Positions 20,527 through 31,115 of a stretch of 64,000 bases of DNA are shown here, in pieces. Origin of the DNA: a virus (Duplodnaviria; Caudoviricetes); IMG/VR virus record IMGVR_UViG_3300032225_001437, positions 1-64,000 of that record; one strand, written 5' to 3'. Made by a program: the position numbers and the translations under genes. Below the pieces are notes generated by a model. The model worked only from the letters and a program-made list of their open reading frames with translations, was not told the DNA's origin and did not search any database. Each line of letters begins with the position of its first letter. Position 1 is the first letter of the stretch.

Positions 20527-23390
20527 TTACATTTTTGCTTCATCCAGTGGGTGTATTTCACCTGGAGTTCTATTTGTGTAGAACTTTTCGTCAGGCACAG
20601 CAATAACCATTACTTCGTCTATGGTGTTGCAATATGGGTCAAATGGATTGGAATGCTTGATAATTGCACACCGAGTTTCGTCGCCCTGTTCAAAGCGTTC
20701 CAGCTTGCTGAGCAAAGTAAGCAGATTCCGCTTGGATAGATAAATTCTTTCTTCAGTCATTAGTTGTAGTCCTTTGGTAAACAAATATGATTTTTCTTTG
20801 TGCCCATGGCCTTAACACACTCTTGTCGAGTCTTGTGCTCACTGACCACTTCTACATTGGCATTGGGTATGGGCCCTGGTACAAGAATTAAAACCAATAC
20901 CCAATCATAAATCATTTTGTAGTCCTTAGGTATGGTGGTACATCTGTGTCTGTAATAGGCTGACCGAAGTGTTCTTTGATAACAAGATTCCAAGCTCGAC
21001 CACGGCTGAATATGTTATGACTGTATGCTAGATCAGCACAGTCTTGAACAATTAATTGAGCAAATAATTCCAGACCTTCTTGATCAGGATTATCAGCAAT
21101 GCCAGCCTGGTCGACAAGTAGTTTAATCTTTTTGTTCATAAGAATTCAATCTTTGTTTAAGGTCAGTTATTTCAGCTTCAAATCCTGTTAAGTATTTTTT
21201 CACAACTTCTTCGGCAAACTTTTCAAGATCAAAGTGCTCGTCAATCATGAATGATCTATTGCCATACACCTGATGCCATGCGCCGCATTTGAGTGCAAGT
21301 TCTTGAATTCGTTTGTTCATTTTATATTTCCTTCTACACGCCGACCTTCTTTAAGAGTCTGCATCAGCTGACGATTGCGTTCCTTTTGTTCACCGGCCGC
21401 ACGTTTCTTGTCATCGCTGACACGCAACATCATGTCGTATTCTCTGGCCCAACGCACACCGTGTAACCATGTTTCAAGTTGTTCCAGACTGCCCACATAT
21501 AGTTCAGCATCACGCCTATAAATTGGCAAGGCATCCGGATCTTTTGGTACAAGACTTAGGCTTCTTTCTTCGTTTTCCCAATCGCCATGACGCGGCTTGC
21601 TGAACTTAAAACCAAGTTTATCCACTTGTTCTTCTATGTGTTTAATTCTTTGAATTGTATTCCAACCGCTCATTCTTCAACTCCAATGTCTAAATCTTGT
21701 GTGACCATATCAACCATGCTGCTATAACATGTAGGACAAAAAGCAACAGGCAGGATACCAAAGTAACCTACGACACCGCCCTCATCTTCGGTAAATTCAC
21801 AGGCACATACATTACACCGGTGTTCGTCACCTACATGTTCAAAACCTTTGATCATTGTTCATATCCTAAGTTTGTTGCGTATTCTCGAATGGTGGGTGCT
21901 GCATTCAACCCATCTTCATCGGTGAACACAGGGTTGTTGGTATGAGTATACCCATCCCAGAATGAGATAAACCAAGAGGGCTGACCATAACTCTGACAAG
22001 GTGTGGCCTGCCCTACTCGCCGACTATCTACATAGGGTGGCCGATCAATGCTGACAAGATACTGACTAATCTGGTTCATTCTTCAACTCCAATTTTGATT
22101 AGCGGCCCTGTTACGATTTGCCGCTGTCGAGGAAAATCTGTCAAGTTGATGTATAGTGCTACAAACATACAAGCAATCACTACAGCATCAGCTTTTCTCA
22201 TGCTGGTCAATATGCTCTCGTAGCACAGTTTCGACCAATTGGTTCAATGTGACATCACGTTCATGCGCCAACTTCATCAAGTCAAACAATTGATCATTAT
22301 CTAGTGTCAACGGCATCTGAACACGAGTGTCGTAGTCTTCACCGGCCACAATGGCCTGTGCCTTTTCCAACCAATCTTCTTCGACATCTAGATCAACAAA
22401 CTTGATATCGTCCCAGGCTTGATTCATGTCGACTGAGCGTTGTTTAGCTTCTTTACGATGTGCCTCAACCAATCCAGGATTGATCAAACGATAAGCACGA
22501 TTGCGGGTGTAATCGCACACTTCTGCTTCATACACAGTTTGATCCTTGGTATCAAAAATAATGCTACCACTGAATCCACCGGCACCGTGAATACCGTTCC
22601 ATGAATCTATTGTATAAGCATTGGACCCATAACATTCCCAACCATATTCACTGCCTTCAGTAATGCGGTAACCAAATGTTTCAAAAAATTGTTTTAAAGT
22701 AATCATAGGTTCATTTCTATTAAAGGTTATGGGCTCTTCCCAAAACGCACACTCGCACACATATTCCCCAGCTGAGTGAGAAGCATCTCTCATAAATCCA
22801 TGTGGCGCATCCGGATGAGTCTTACAAGTCATTTGACTGTTCCGTCTGCTAGATGATCTTGTTTGATTTCTCGCACAGGATGACCCAGGATACTAGCAAT
22901 TGAATTCTTGTAGGCAATACGCTTGTTATTAAAATCTCGAATCGCAATAGCCCTGCGGCCAATTTCTTGTAGACTCAACATCTGCTCTACGCCTGATTTC
23001 AACTGCCACTCTAGATCCCAAATGGCATGATGAATGTCAGTCATGGCTTGAATGTCTGCATCTAATTCTGGGCTCTGCGGCAATTGCCGATACCGCTCTT
23101 CATACCAATCAAGTTCAACTTGGTTTGCTCCTTTGGTGCGGGCATATTTGACTCTGGCAATGCAAAGTCGGTCAATCAATTCTAATACTGGTAAAAACTC
23201 CATAAATGCTTCCTTAATCGAACTGCACGTCTACTATACGTCCGTTGTGGACAATATAATAGCAATTGACACGACCATAGCTGACCCAGACACAATTGTT
23301 ACCGGGCTGTATGGTATAGTCGGTGATGCCTCGTTTCAATAGATCATCTATGACTAATAGTCGATCAAAACTGTTTACTTCTTGTTGCAT
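20527..23390 (-). other. Array of about 10 small hypothetical ORFs (20527-20784, 20760-, 20912-21139, 21123-21320, 21317-21673, 21670-21855, 21852-22079, 22188-22832, 22829-23203, 23214-23390)
   Basis: Co-oriented, translationally coupled short ORFs typical of phage early regions. Confidence 0.7.
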
Positions 23391-24679
23391 TAGTGACTCT
23401 TTTCTTCTTCATAATAAGCATACTGACCAAATGGTGGAACGATTGAGGTAGTGCCATGCATGATAAACACCGTATCACAGTATTGCTCATCACCCCAACT
23501 TCCGCAAGGATAACCGTCTGTGAACATGATATGACGCTTGGGTTCAATTTCGTTTTCTTTGAAGTAGCGGAACACACAATCAAAGTCAGTGCCACCACCG
23601 CCCATGACTTCGTATTCGGTGATATCGTCTAAGTTCTCCGAATCAAACTGTTGCGGATTATACACTTCGGTATCAAACGATACTACATGGATGCGATAGT
23701 TAGGGAATTGTTCCATGATGCCAGCCACTTCGCCCAGCACATCTTTCAAGATCTTTTCACCCATTGAACCCGAAGCGTCAATACTGATAGCAATATCAAT
23801 CATAGGATCCAACTTCATACCTGGCATGACAGCATCCATGTGCCAGCCTCGACGACTGTTACGCAACCAGGTGTAGTCACTCTTGATAGTGCTCTCCAAT
23901 TGCATACGAATAAGCTCACGCCAATTCATCTTGGGTGCAGTCATATCTTGGATAATGCGTTTGACTCCAGCAGGCAAGTTACCGGCACCATCCGAAGCGG
24001 CCGCGGCCGCTAGCACTGCTTCTTTGATTTCGTCTTTAATCTTTTGACGTTCTTCTTGCGACAACTTGGGACGACCTTTGCCGTTTTCCTTGCCGTCGCC
24101 ATCTTCACTCGATCCTTCACCGTCACCTTCACCATCCAAGTGCTCGTCTAACATTTTGTCAATCAAACTGCCAATGTCAATTTTCTCGGCATTTTCATAC
24201 AAGATATCGTAGATCTCTTCAGAACTCATGTCCTGATACTTGGGATCATATAAACAAGGAACAGTGGTAATAAATTCGCCTACACGATGTTTCTTCAAGT
24301 CGGCATTGACACAATAGTCATTGGCAATGTTGAACAATTGTGGGTCTCTGTCACCACGACGTCCAAAGTGATCATACACACAATGCAGGACTTCATGTCC
24401 AAACAAGAATTCTACTTCTTTGGGTTTGAGCATGTCTACAAATCTGCTATTGTAGTAAAAATTACGGCCGTCGGTTGCGGCTGTAGGACACCATTCGTCA
24501 GCGTTCACTAACTTGAGACGAGTAGCCAAGTTACCAAAAAAGCTGGCACGAAGTAGCAGGCCCACACGGGCAGTGATCAATTTTTCGCGGATTTCGCGAT
24601 CTAATTTGGGATCTGTTGCGCCCAACAGGTTTTTAAACTTGTCGGATTCTTTTTTATTTGCTGTAGTGGCTGTGCTCAT
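23390..24679 (-). CDS. Metallopeptidase-like + vWA domain protein (DUF2201-type)
   Basis: TAATDG, HEVLH, DASGS MIDAS, GGGTDF, FTDG. Confidence 0.9.
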   Translation of the reverse strand: MSTATTANKKESDKFKNLLGATDPKLDREIREKLITARVGLLLRASFFGNLATRLKLVNADEWCPTAATDGRNFYYNSRFVDMLKPKEVEFLFGHEVLHCVYDHFGRRGDRDPQLFNIANDYCVNADLKKHRVGEFITTVPCLYDPKYQDMSSEEIYDILYENAEKIDIGSLIDKMLDEHLDGEGDGEGSSEDGDGKENGKGRPKLSQEERQKIKDEIKEAVLAAAAASDGAGNLPAGVKRIIQDMTAPKMNWRELIRMQLESTIKSDYTWLRNSRRGWHMDAVMPGMKLDPMIDIAISIDASGSMGEKILKDVLGEVAGIMEQFPNYRIHVVSFDTEVYNPQQFDSENLDDITEYEVMGGGGTDFDCVFRYFKENEIEPKRHIMFTDGYPCGSWGDEQYCDTVFIMHGTTSIVPPFGQYAYYEEEKSH

Positions 24680-24707
24680 ACATGTCCTTTTATTAACTTA
24701 TACTACA

Positions 24708-24736
24708 ATTATACAATAAAGGCCTTTTTTGGTCAA
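24708..24736 (-). promoter_or_regulatory. sigma70-type early promoter repeat
   Basis: TTGACC-17-TATAAT. Confidence 0.8.
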
Positions 24737-24966
24737 TCAACAAAATGTTGTGGATATTTCTTTTTATAAAGATTTAGTTCTTCTTGCTTTTTTAATTCTC
24801 TAATCATTTTTTCTTCTTTAATTTGTTTTTGAGCTTTAATCATCCACTCTGGAGTTGGCTCTTTTGGCCAAAATTCTTCATCTCCGTAACGGATAGTATT
24901 GACTATAGAAACTATGAATGCATATAGCAACCAAGCTATAACGATATAAAACAATATGGTCAACAC
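24733..24966 (-). CDS. Small membrane-anchored hypothetical protein
   Basis: N-terminal hydrophobic helix, AGGAG SD. Confidence 0.65.
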   Translation of the reverse strand: MLTILFYIVIAWLLYAFIVSIVNTIRYGDEEFWPKEPTPEWMIKAQKQIKEEKMIRELKKQEELNLYKKKYPQHFVD

Positions 24967-24995
24967 ATGAGCTCCTAATTTCTAACTATACAACT

Positions 24996-25024
24996 ATTAT
25001 ACAATAAAGGCCTTTTCCGGTCAA
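24996..25024 (-). promoter_or_regulatory. sigma70-type early promoter repeat
   Basis: TTGACC-17-TATAAT, near-identical to 24708-24736. Confidence 0.8.
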
Positions 25025-25455
25025 CCAGCAAGAATCTTGTAAATTCTGCTAGCCAGCACCCGTTCTCTACGCCAGGCTTCCTGCTCCCAGGGCTGATCCC
25101 AATAATCTGCTTGGATCTTGCGCCCCAACCAATAGAATGTGGGTTTTTTGCTACGGTATCGAATCTGCGCTTGACCCAGTGCAAATTGCTTGACATGCAC
25201 CATTTCATGACACAAGGTATCAATTAACTTCTCGTCATCCAGTGCAGAATCTACCAGCATTACCAGTTGGGTTGGGTCAGCTGGGTCCGGTCCAACAACA
25301 CCACGCATGCCATCTTGTTTGGCCAGGCCACGGTGACTTCTAATTATTAAATCAAAACGACTACGAGTGAGTCGTAGTTCAGGAATTAATACTCGCACCA
25401 CAGAGTCAATAAGAGCTTGACGACCTTTGCTACGGCACATAATTTGATACTGCAT
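25021..25455 (-). CDS. HExxH zinc-metallopeptidase-like protein
   Basis: TLCHEMVHVKQ...PWEQEA. Confidence 0.7.
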   Translation of the reverse strand: MQYQIMCRSKGRQALIDSVVRVLIPELRLTRSRFDLIIRSHRGLAKQDGMRGVVGPDPADPTQLVMLVDSALDDEKLIDTLCHEMVHVKQFALGQAQIRYRSKKPTFYWLGRKIQADYWDQPWEQEAWRRERVLASRIYKILAG

Positions 25456-25480
25456 CTGATTCCTTAATGTTCTAGTGTAT

Positions 25481-25509
25481 ATTATACAACAAAGGACTTT
25501 TCTGGTCAA
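25481..25509 (-). promoter_or_regulatory. sigma70-type early promoter repeat
   Basis: TTGACC-17-TATAAT. Confidence 0.8.
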
Positions 25510-25512
25510 CCG

Positions 25513-27047
25513 CTAGGTATTTAGATATTTCAGTGCAAACCAAGTTTGCTGAGCTTCGTTGTAAAAGTCAAGATGCACTTGTTCTTCGTAGTGGTAGCGA
25601 TGGGTCCATCCTTCTTCCTTCATCAGTTCCCATTCAATGGCATCGTGTGGTGCTAGGCCTTTGTGATGCCTGACAGTGAACCCTAGCTCTCGCCGGCACC
25701 TTGCAGAAATCAACATGATGCTGATACCGTATTCGTTTCTAAGACGCTCGGCCAAATCGTACCATTCATGCGGCTTATGAAATACAATCAAGTTCTTTTT
25801 AACGGTTATTTTCATCAGGTAACCCTTTGACCAAATCGATGGCACGTTGAGCATAATCACCCATACGACCACCACGATCCATACGTGCTATATCTTCTAA
25901 GGCAGTCATCATAATTTCACTTTCTTCTGCCATCTTAAAACAACGATTGCGTAGATTGCCGGCTTCGATCCATGACATGCACATGGATACAAACTTGGCA
26001 ATCAATGCACTCCAATTGATCATCGAAATCGCAATCTAAACATTAGAGCATCTTGTTCATTACTAAACCAATAACAATCTTCATGCGGGCCTTCTGCAAG
26101 CACTGCCGCTGCCATGTCAGGAAAGTCCTTCCACCATGACTCATTCCATGCACCTATATTGACTTGACACCAGGGCTCACACTCAGTATAGTGGGTATAG
26201 GTTTTTACCGGAATAGTCAAGCGTGAATTGCGTTCTATTGCCATCACTTAAACTTCAATCTAAATAGTGTAGCATCCGCAGGATCAATAAAATAAAACGC
26301 CGACACTTCATCAAAAAATGCACTAACATCACTTGTTTCAACCAACTCAGACCATACCAAACTTAAATTGTTATCTCGGCAATACTGTTTCATTTGCCAC
26401 ATTCTAACGGACGGATCTCCGATCAGCACCTGGTGGCATCGTTCCAACACATTGTCGGGAGGTCTAGGTAGTGTCCAGTTATTGATATGCATTATTGTCC
26501 AAACTTTAACAGGAACACAGTGTATTTCTTTTCATCTACTATGGCATAGTCAAGATCAATGCCACTTAGCTTGTGATTTACAGTGAGTTTGATGCCGTAG
26601 TATTCTTGCACATAGTCTTCAAATGTAAGGAATCCTTGGCCAATTGGCACTTCTGCAGCCAACGCATCCCATTCTTTTTTGGCTTTGTGCAGGCGATTAA
26701 AGTTACGAGTATCGCCACCTATAATGGTATCCAGTCGAGCCGCTGTGTCACGGTAGTATTCGTCCTTACTCATCATCCCACCACTTGATTACTTTTGCTT
26801 TGAGTTTGACCAAGGTAAACTCGCGTGGATCCACCGGGCGATGTCCGTGCCATGCTGGATGCACTTGATATACACCGTTGCGATTTTCCAACCATACTCT
26901 ACGGCTACGAGCCATAAACTCATCGTGTGTTTTAAAACACATCTTGCCGTTGTCAGCTGGACTACAGTTGGCCATGCACCAATAGTGCCATTTATCCCCA
27001 AATACGGTACCATCATACTTGGGATCTATTTCGTAATAGTAATCCAT
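25513..27047 (-). other. Array of six small ORFs (25513-25815, 25799-26023, 26020-26247, 26244-26492, 26492-26776, 26766-27047), four ending in F-x-L-(K/R)-(F/Y)
   Basis: Coupled ORFs with a shared C-terminal motif. Confidence 0.7.
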
Positions 27048-27058
27048 TTAACTCCACC

Positions 27059-27835
27059 TTAACATTTTAATTCTGGAATAGCTGTTAACAAAAATTCAAA
27101 AATTATTTTGTGAGCACGTTCGTTAGGATGAATTCCGTCAGGATAAAAATAGTGAGGATTTTTCATCATCAATGATATACGTTGTCCACCTAAATTAATG
27201 TCGTTTAACAAAATTTCTAAATCACTACTGGAAATATTCTTTTTAACCATTTCTAAAAAATTATATTCTGGACTATCAACTAATCCTGATATAAAACTAG
27301 AATACACAGGAGTTGTGGCTCGGTGGTCATTTTCCAATATCAAATGAGTCACACTTTCACATACTATATTAACACCAGGTAACTTTTCCTCCATTCCGGG
27401 CCACCCAACAGCATCGCTGGCACCGCCAATTATATAAATGGGAATTTTCCATTCTTGATATATCTCAGCCAAACTAAAATACGGTTCGTATATCCATTTA
27501 TTTTTAAGCGCAGAATATCCTTGACCTACCAGTTCCTGCAATGCATCGGGACTGTAATGCCACATTTCTCTATAAAACTCAGTTTGCCAAAACAAAATAA
27601 ATTTGATATTTGCAATTTCATGCTGATTACACTGTAGATAGTGTTTGACACGAGTATATGATTCCAAGTTTGAACCACCTGGCTTTGCAATATTCCTTAC
27701 CTGGTATCCGTGCTTGACAAAGTTGTGACCTATGCCTACATCATAGGGCTTGTAGTCCACACCTGGATCGCGCCATTCCCCTGCGGCAAAACTGTCTCCC
27801 GCAATCAATACAATATTGTCAGACGATTTCATCAT
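27059..27835 (-). CDS. SGNH/GDSL-hydrolase-like protein
   Basis: AGDSF, GGSN, DGIHPNERAH. Confidence 0.75.
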   Translation of the reverse strand: MMKSSDNIVLIAGDSFAAGEWRDPGVDYKPYDVGIGHNFVKHGYQVRNIAKPGGSNLESYTRVKHYLQCNQHEIANIKFILFWQTEFYREMWHYSPDALQELVGQGYSALKNKWIYEPYFSLAEIYQEWKIPIYIIGGASDAVGWPGMEEKLPGVNIVCESVTHLILENDHRATTPVYSSFISGLVDSPEYNFLEMVKKNISSSDLEILLNDINLGGQRISLMMKNPHYFYPDGIHPNERAHKIIFEFLLTAIPELKC

Positions 27836-27842
27836 TTTTCCT

Positions 27843-28034
27843 TTATGACCATTTCAACATAAACATAATATAATCTGAACCCCATTCAAACTCAAATACA
27901 CCTTCACTGACAAACAACCAAGGGCCTTCGCAGTTGGTATCACACCATTCAATACAAGGTGTCCACCCTTGATATCTGTGGCCAGATACCGGATCAGAAT
28001 GCACCACTGGCGCTACAACACTAGCTATCTTCAT
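27843..28034 (-). CDS. Small hypothetical protein (FMLKW family)
   Basis: Coupled ORF, C-terminal motif. Confidence 0.65.
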   Translation of the reverse strand: MKIASVVAPVVHSDPVSGHRYQGWTPCIEWCDTNCEGPWLFVSEGVFEFEWGSDYIMFMLKWS

Positions 28035-29548
28035 TTGAACACTAGAGATCTAGCCTGTTCTAATTCAGGAATATAATCACCCAACCGACTGCTACGAGCT
28101 TGATCTAGTTGATCATTGTATTGAAAGAACTTTGACAATACATCAAGATTACATTCGTAGTTTTTATAACGATTTATCATTTCTGTTACTAGTGCATCAG
28201 TGTTCCTGCCACCGTTGTAGTAGACTTTGGTTTCTTGACAACGATACATCGATTCCAATACTTGTTCTCTAAGCGGATTGTTCCAAGGCCCTAGATGAGA
28301 ATTTAATCTACCAGCCGGTTGAACTAGACTATTGATGCCCGGAAACTCTCGATCGTAAAATTCATATATTTCGTGAATACGTGTGGCATTATACAAACTG
28401 AATACTGTCTGAAAGGCTAGATAATGGCCTTCGTTGACAATACGATGGCAGTTGTTTCTCACAGTGTCAAAGTCGCTACCCCATCTGATATAATCATTAA
28501 TCTTTTTGTAACCATCAAAACTTATACTAAATGTTACCCGAGGAAATTCTTTTAATAATGCAATTAGTGTATCACTAATTTTCATTCCATTGGTGCCAAT
28601 TGACAAATCAAAGTCAGTTTGGTTTTGGTCAATGCACCTACGTAAAAATGCATAAAACTCCGGCATCACTGTAGGTTCACCGCCGGCCCAATAGATACGT
28701 TTTACTGTATCAAAGTTAATTTTATCATAGGGAAAATCTTGATACCTCCATTGCTCGTCAAGTGGTGCCAGTCCTAATTTTTTATTTTCTTCTTCAATCA
28801 AGTGACTATGTCGGTCGTCACACATGCGACACATGATATTACATTTATTACTGGGACGTATTTCGTAAAGAGCTGGTTGTTTTATCTTTTTTAAATCTTG
28901 TTTATTGCTTAGTTTTAAATGTATAGCCCACTCTAACGATTCAAATTGCCTGGCACTTTCCCCACCTTCTTCTTCTCGCTCATAGCAGGTTTTACATTTG
29001 TCTGGCATTTGCAGTCCGGCCAGCATGTTGTTTCTAATAGGCATAAATGCTGGATCAGTTGACCACTCAACAATAGATTCGATTTGTGTCAATGGGTTTG
29101 GATTTTTTTGACACATAACTGCCGACCCATAATCATTAATCAAATTAATAAAAGGATATAAACATAAGCTCTTGTTGGTTTTTAGCAAGTTGTGCCAATA
29201 TAAAATATCTGTATTGCTACCATTGTTCCGAAATACAGTGTTGTATCCTTTTTCTTCTAGCTCAATCATGAGTCTGAAAGTGTTTACAAAACTCTTCCAG
29301 TGTGGATAAGAATCCACAGTTTGATCCAACATTACAACGGAATCAAATTGTGGCGCTAAATTTAAAACAATACTACCAGATGATACATCTGCAATACTGG
29401 TATGATAGTAACCAAATTCATCAGGAGAAAAAGTGTCGATTGAGATCAAGCCATGATTGACTGTTGCATCCTTGACGGCAAGTGTGCCGGTTAACTGATC
29501 AGTCAGTTCAGTTTCGTTACCAATACATAAAATTTTCTTATTGAACAT
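28031..29548 (-). CDS. Radical SAM (twitch) protein with extra N-terminal domain
   Basis: CNIMCRMC, WAGGEP, GTNG. Confidence 0.9.
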   Translation of the reverse strand: MFNKKILCIGNETELTDQLTGTLAVKDATVNHGLISIDTFSPDEFGYYHTSIADVSSGSIVLNLAPQFDSVVMLDQTVDSYPHWKSFVNTFRLMIELEEKGYNTVFRNNGSNTDILYWHNLLKTNKSLCLYPFINLINDYGSAVMCQKNPNPLTQIESIVEWSTDPAFMPIRNNMLAGLQMPDKCKTCYEREEEGGESARQFESLEWAIHLKLSNKQDLKKIKQPALYEIRPSNKCNIMCRMCDDRHSHLIEEENKKLGLAPLDEQWRYQDFPYDKINFDTVKRIYWAGGEPTVMPEFYAFLRRCIDQNQTDFDLSIGTNGMKISDTLIALLKEFPRVTFSISFDGYKKINDYIRWGSDFDTVRNNCHRIVNEGHYLAFQTVFSLYNATRIHEIYEFYDREFPGINSLVQPAGRLNSHLGPWNNPLREQVLESMYRCQETKVYYNGGRNTDALVTEMINRYKNYECNLDVLSKFFQYNDQLDQARSSRLGDYIPELEQARSLVFK

Positions 29549-30711
29549 TATGACTTTTTAATTAATGATCTTGCACGTTCTAATTCTGGAATATAATCTG
29601 CCAACTTGACACCTCTGGATTGATCCAATGCATCGTTATACTTGAAGAATTTTTGAAGATTGTCTAAATTCACAGTGGCTTTTTCTAGCACTTTTATAAA
29701 ATAATCAACTTTAGATTTAAATCCAGCCAATTGGTCAGTTTTGTAAGACCTTGATAATTTGACACGTTCCAGGTCGGCCAGTGCCAGGGCTTTATTAGGA
29801 AATGTCTCAAATTTTTGTTCAGGTGGATGTGTGACTTGGTTTAACAAGATCACCGGGCGTTCAAAATTTGAATCAAAAAAGTCTATTAACTTGCTCAACC
29901 GCGAGATATTCCAAATGCTCACAGTCACATTGAACGATACATTTGGGGTAATCTCATACAGGCCTTTTATATTCTCTACTAAAGTCGGCCAATCTGCAGG
30001 CCACCGTATGTATTTGTTCACTTGATCGTATCCGTCGATACTGCAAATGATATTTAAATTAGAAAAATGACTCAACAGGTCACGATACTCTTTGTTTAAA
30101 TTTGTAGTATTGGTGCTGATACGAATGTCTATGTCGGTTCGTCCGGCATCAATGGCACGTTTTAAAAAAGTTCTAAACTCAGGCATAAGGCTAGGTTCGC
30201 CCCCGGCTACATAGATCTTTTGCACTGTGGCCATATCAACCACACTATTGAAACCAAAACTCCTGGGTTCTGGAGGCCACTCGGCCCATCCGATCGTTTT
30301 GTATTCTTTTGCCAGCTGACTACTGAACTGCGGATTACACATGCGACAACTTAGATTACACAAGTTATCATTGCGTATGTCATAATAGATCAATTCAGAT
30401 TGAAGATCTTCTGGTTCAACCACGTTGAGTTTAGCAATCCATTCCTCGGTATCTCGTATCCTGGTGCTTTCGGCACCACCATCTTCTAGTTCATAACACT
30501 TGGTGCAATGGGGAATACGTTCACCTGCCAGTAACTTAGCACGAACGTCTTGATAATCTGGATCGTTGGCAAAGTCAAAATCTTCAGTGTATTTGTTAAG
30601 CTCCATGTTGTCTTCGGCTAAACAGCACAATTTGATATTGTTTTTCTCACTAACGTGTATATGTATAAACGGTAGAATGCAAAAGGCTTTGTTTTGTTTT
30701 AAATCGATCAC
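29548..30711 (-). CDS. Radical SAM (twitch) protein
   Basis: CILPF..CC..CTKC, CNLSCRMC, AGGEP. Confidence 0.9.
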   Translation of the reverse strand: MIDLKQNKAFCILPFIHIHVSEKNNIKLCCLAEDNMELNKYTEDFDFANDPDYQDVRAKLLAGERIPHCTKCYELEDGGAESTRIRDTEEWIAKLNVVEPEDLQSELIYYDIRNDNLCNLSCRMCNPQFSSQLAKEYKTIGWAEWPPEPRSFGFNSVVDMATVQKIYVAGGEPSLMPEFRTFLKRAIDAGRTDIDIRISTNTTNLNKEYRDLLSHFSNLNIICSIDGYDQVNKYIRWPADWPTLVENIKGLYEITPNVSFNVTVSIWNISRLSKLIDFFDSNFERPVILLNQVTHPPEQKFETFPNKALALADLERVKLSRSYKTDQLAGFKSKVDYFIKVLEKATVNLDNLQKFFKYNDALDQSRGVKLADYIPELERARSLIKKS

Positions 30712-31037
30712 TTGTTATTCCCGTATTTGATCTTGAACCACGACAACTCTTCTTCACCTCGAAGATATATTTTATGAATACGCCAATTGATTGTAAATGC
30801 CCAATGCAGATTGGTATTGGGTTGGTCTTTCTTTAAATCTTCGGAGTAGCCGTAAGTCTCGCTCAACCATTTTCGTGCATCGTGGAAGTCGAGAATCTGT
30901 CCTATATCAACAATATATTTAAAATATTTATTTGGAATAGTATCTTCTAAAGTATATTTCATTGTTTTATTTGATATAGCCATCTCTTCCATAACTTGAT
31001 CATGCGCTTCTTTCCAGTAGTCGTATTGCGTTTTCAT
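30708..31037 (-). CDS. Hypothetical protein (WFKIKY C-terminal family)
   Basis: Coupled ORF. Confidence 0.65.
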   Translation of the reverse strand: MKTQYDYWKEAHDQVMEEMAISNKTMKYTLEDTIPNKYFKYIVDIGQILDFHDARKWLSETYGYSEDLKKDQPNTNLHWAFTINWRIHKIYLRGEEELSWFKIKYGNNK

Positions 31038-31050
31038 GATCGCCCTTTAC

Positions 31051-31112
31051 AAAAGGTAGGAGGGCGGTGCGAACACAGCCCGTGTTATAAGATAACACCA
31101 CCCCCCTAAACC
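31051..31112 (-). terminator. Branched hairpin/terminator after the AAA ATPase
   Basis: AGGGGGGTGGTG/CACCGCCCTCCT stem followed by ACCTTTT. Confidence 0.5.
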
Positions 31113-31115
31113 ATC

